The position numbers and the translations under genes were made by a program. This document shows positions 31,635 to 32,000 of a stretch of 32,000 nucleotides of DNA, piece after piece. Source of the stretch: Nocardia sp. NPDC049220 (GTDB lineage Bacteria; Actinomycetota; Actinomycetes; Mycobacteriales; Mycobacteriaceae); assembly GCF_040647855.1 (NCBI RefSeq), contig NZ_JBEZDA010000009.1:127139-159138 (forward strand), written 5' to 3'. Numbering within the stretch: the first letter of the stretch is position 1; each line of letters begins with the position of its first letter. The notes beneath the pieces were generated by a model. The model worked only from the letters and a program-made list of their open reading frames with translations. It was not told the origin of the DNA and did not search any database.

Positions 31635-32000
31635 GTGGGCGTTGTGGTCGTCACCGATTCGTCGGCCAGCCTCCCTGCCGAACATCTCGATGAGCTGAAA
31701 GTCGCCGTCGCTCCGCTGCACGTCCTGGTCGGTGACCGAACGATCAGGGAGGGTGTCGATCCGGTCGACATCGACTACGCCGCGGATACCGTGACCACCT
31801 CGGCGGCATCGCCGGGCGAGCTACGCGCGGTATATGAGCAGGCGCTGGCACGCAGCCGCGGCGACGGTGTCGTCGCGGTGCATCTGTCCCGGCAGTTGTC
31901 GGGAACCTGGGAGGCCGGACGGCAGGCCGTGCGCGACATGGAAGCCGCCGACCGGGTGCGTCTGGTCGACTCGCTGGGTGCCGGGCTCGGGACCGGGCTG
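31635..32000 (+). CDS. DegV family fatty-acid-binding protein (5' part, runs off the window)
   Basis: GTG at 31635, 3 nt after the previous stop. VGVVVVTDSSASLPAEHLDELKVAVAPLHV matches the DegV N-terminus (VTDS..LP). The frame stays open to base 32000. Confidence 0.85.
   Translation, partial: MGVVVVTDSSASLPAEHLDELKVAVAPLHVLVGDRTIREGVDPVDIDYAADTVTTSAASPGELRAVYEQALARSRGDGVVAVHLSRQLSGTWEAGRQAVRDMEAADRVRLVDSLGAGLGTGL

Noticed and set aside
30228-31721. 497-aa minus-strand ORF opposite the SGNH hydrolase
   Set aside because: It is an Arg/Gly/His-rich shadow frame. The sense strand shows SGNH blocks I and V.

Overview
High-GC actinobacterial chromosome segment (Mycobacteriales-like: Nocardia/Rhodococcus/Mycobacterium type). 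All family calls come from motifs read in the supplied translations; no searches were run.

Left block (1-12.1 kb), core-type genes:
- RqlH-like RecQ helicase
- epoxide-hydrolase-type alpha/beta hydrolase
- RtcB RNA ligase
- amidohydrolase tightly coupled to a glutamine-synthetase-like ligase
- ribokinase, proA, and a MoxR AAA+ ATPase with its VWA partner

Right block (28.3-32 kb): nadD, rsfS, a gpgP-like histidine phosphatase, an SGNH hydrolase and DegV. I recall this order from M. tuberculosis Rv2421c-Rv2417c.

Between the two blocks lie about 16 kb of apparently accessory DNA in three parts:
1. 12.2-13.6 kb: a visibly low-GC orphan gene with a poly-acidic tail, a G-run tract with a 19-bp tandem repeat, and a frame-broken HTH-type gene remnant.
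2. 13.9-27.3 kb: an island of three translationally coupled operons plus one convergent gene, built around a UbiD-family (prFMN) decarboxylase.
   - Operon 1: flavin reductase, UbiX, PNPOx-like protein, MarR.
   - Operon 2: Tat-lipoprotein SBP, two isochorismatase-like hydrolases, ABC ATPase, two permeases, UbiD.
   - Convergent gene: nitrilase-superfamily amidase.
   - Operon 3: HpaB-type oxygenase, leaderless SBP-fold protein, DUF2848-like protein, cupin.
   - Its three AT-rich control regions carry related GTACTT/AAGTAC-type palindromes.
3. 27.3-28.3 kb: about 950 bp with no credible gene.

No rRNA, tRNA, CRISPR array or intact transposase was seen. The best candidate for an undescribed system is the UbiD/UbiX/HpaB/amidase/ABC-importer island, whose substrate is unknown. 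The low-GC acidic-tail orphan is a second oddity.
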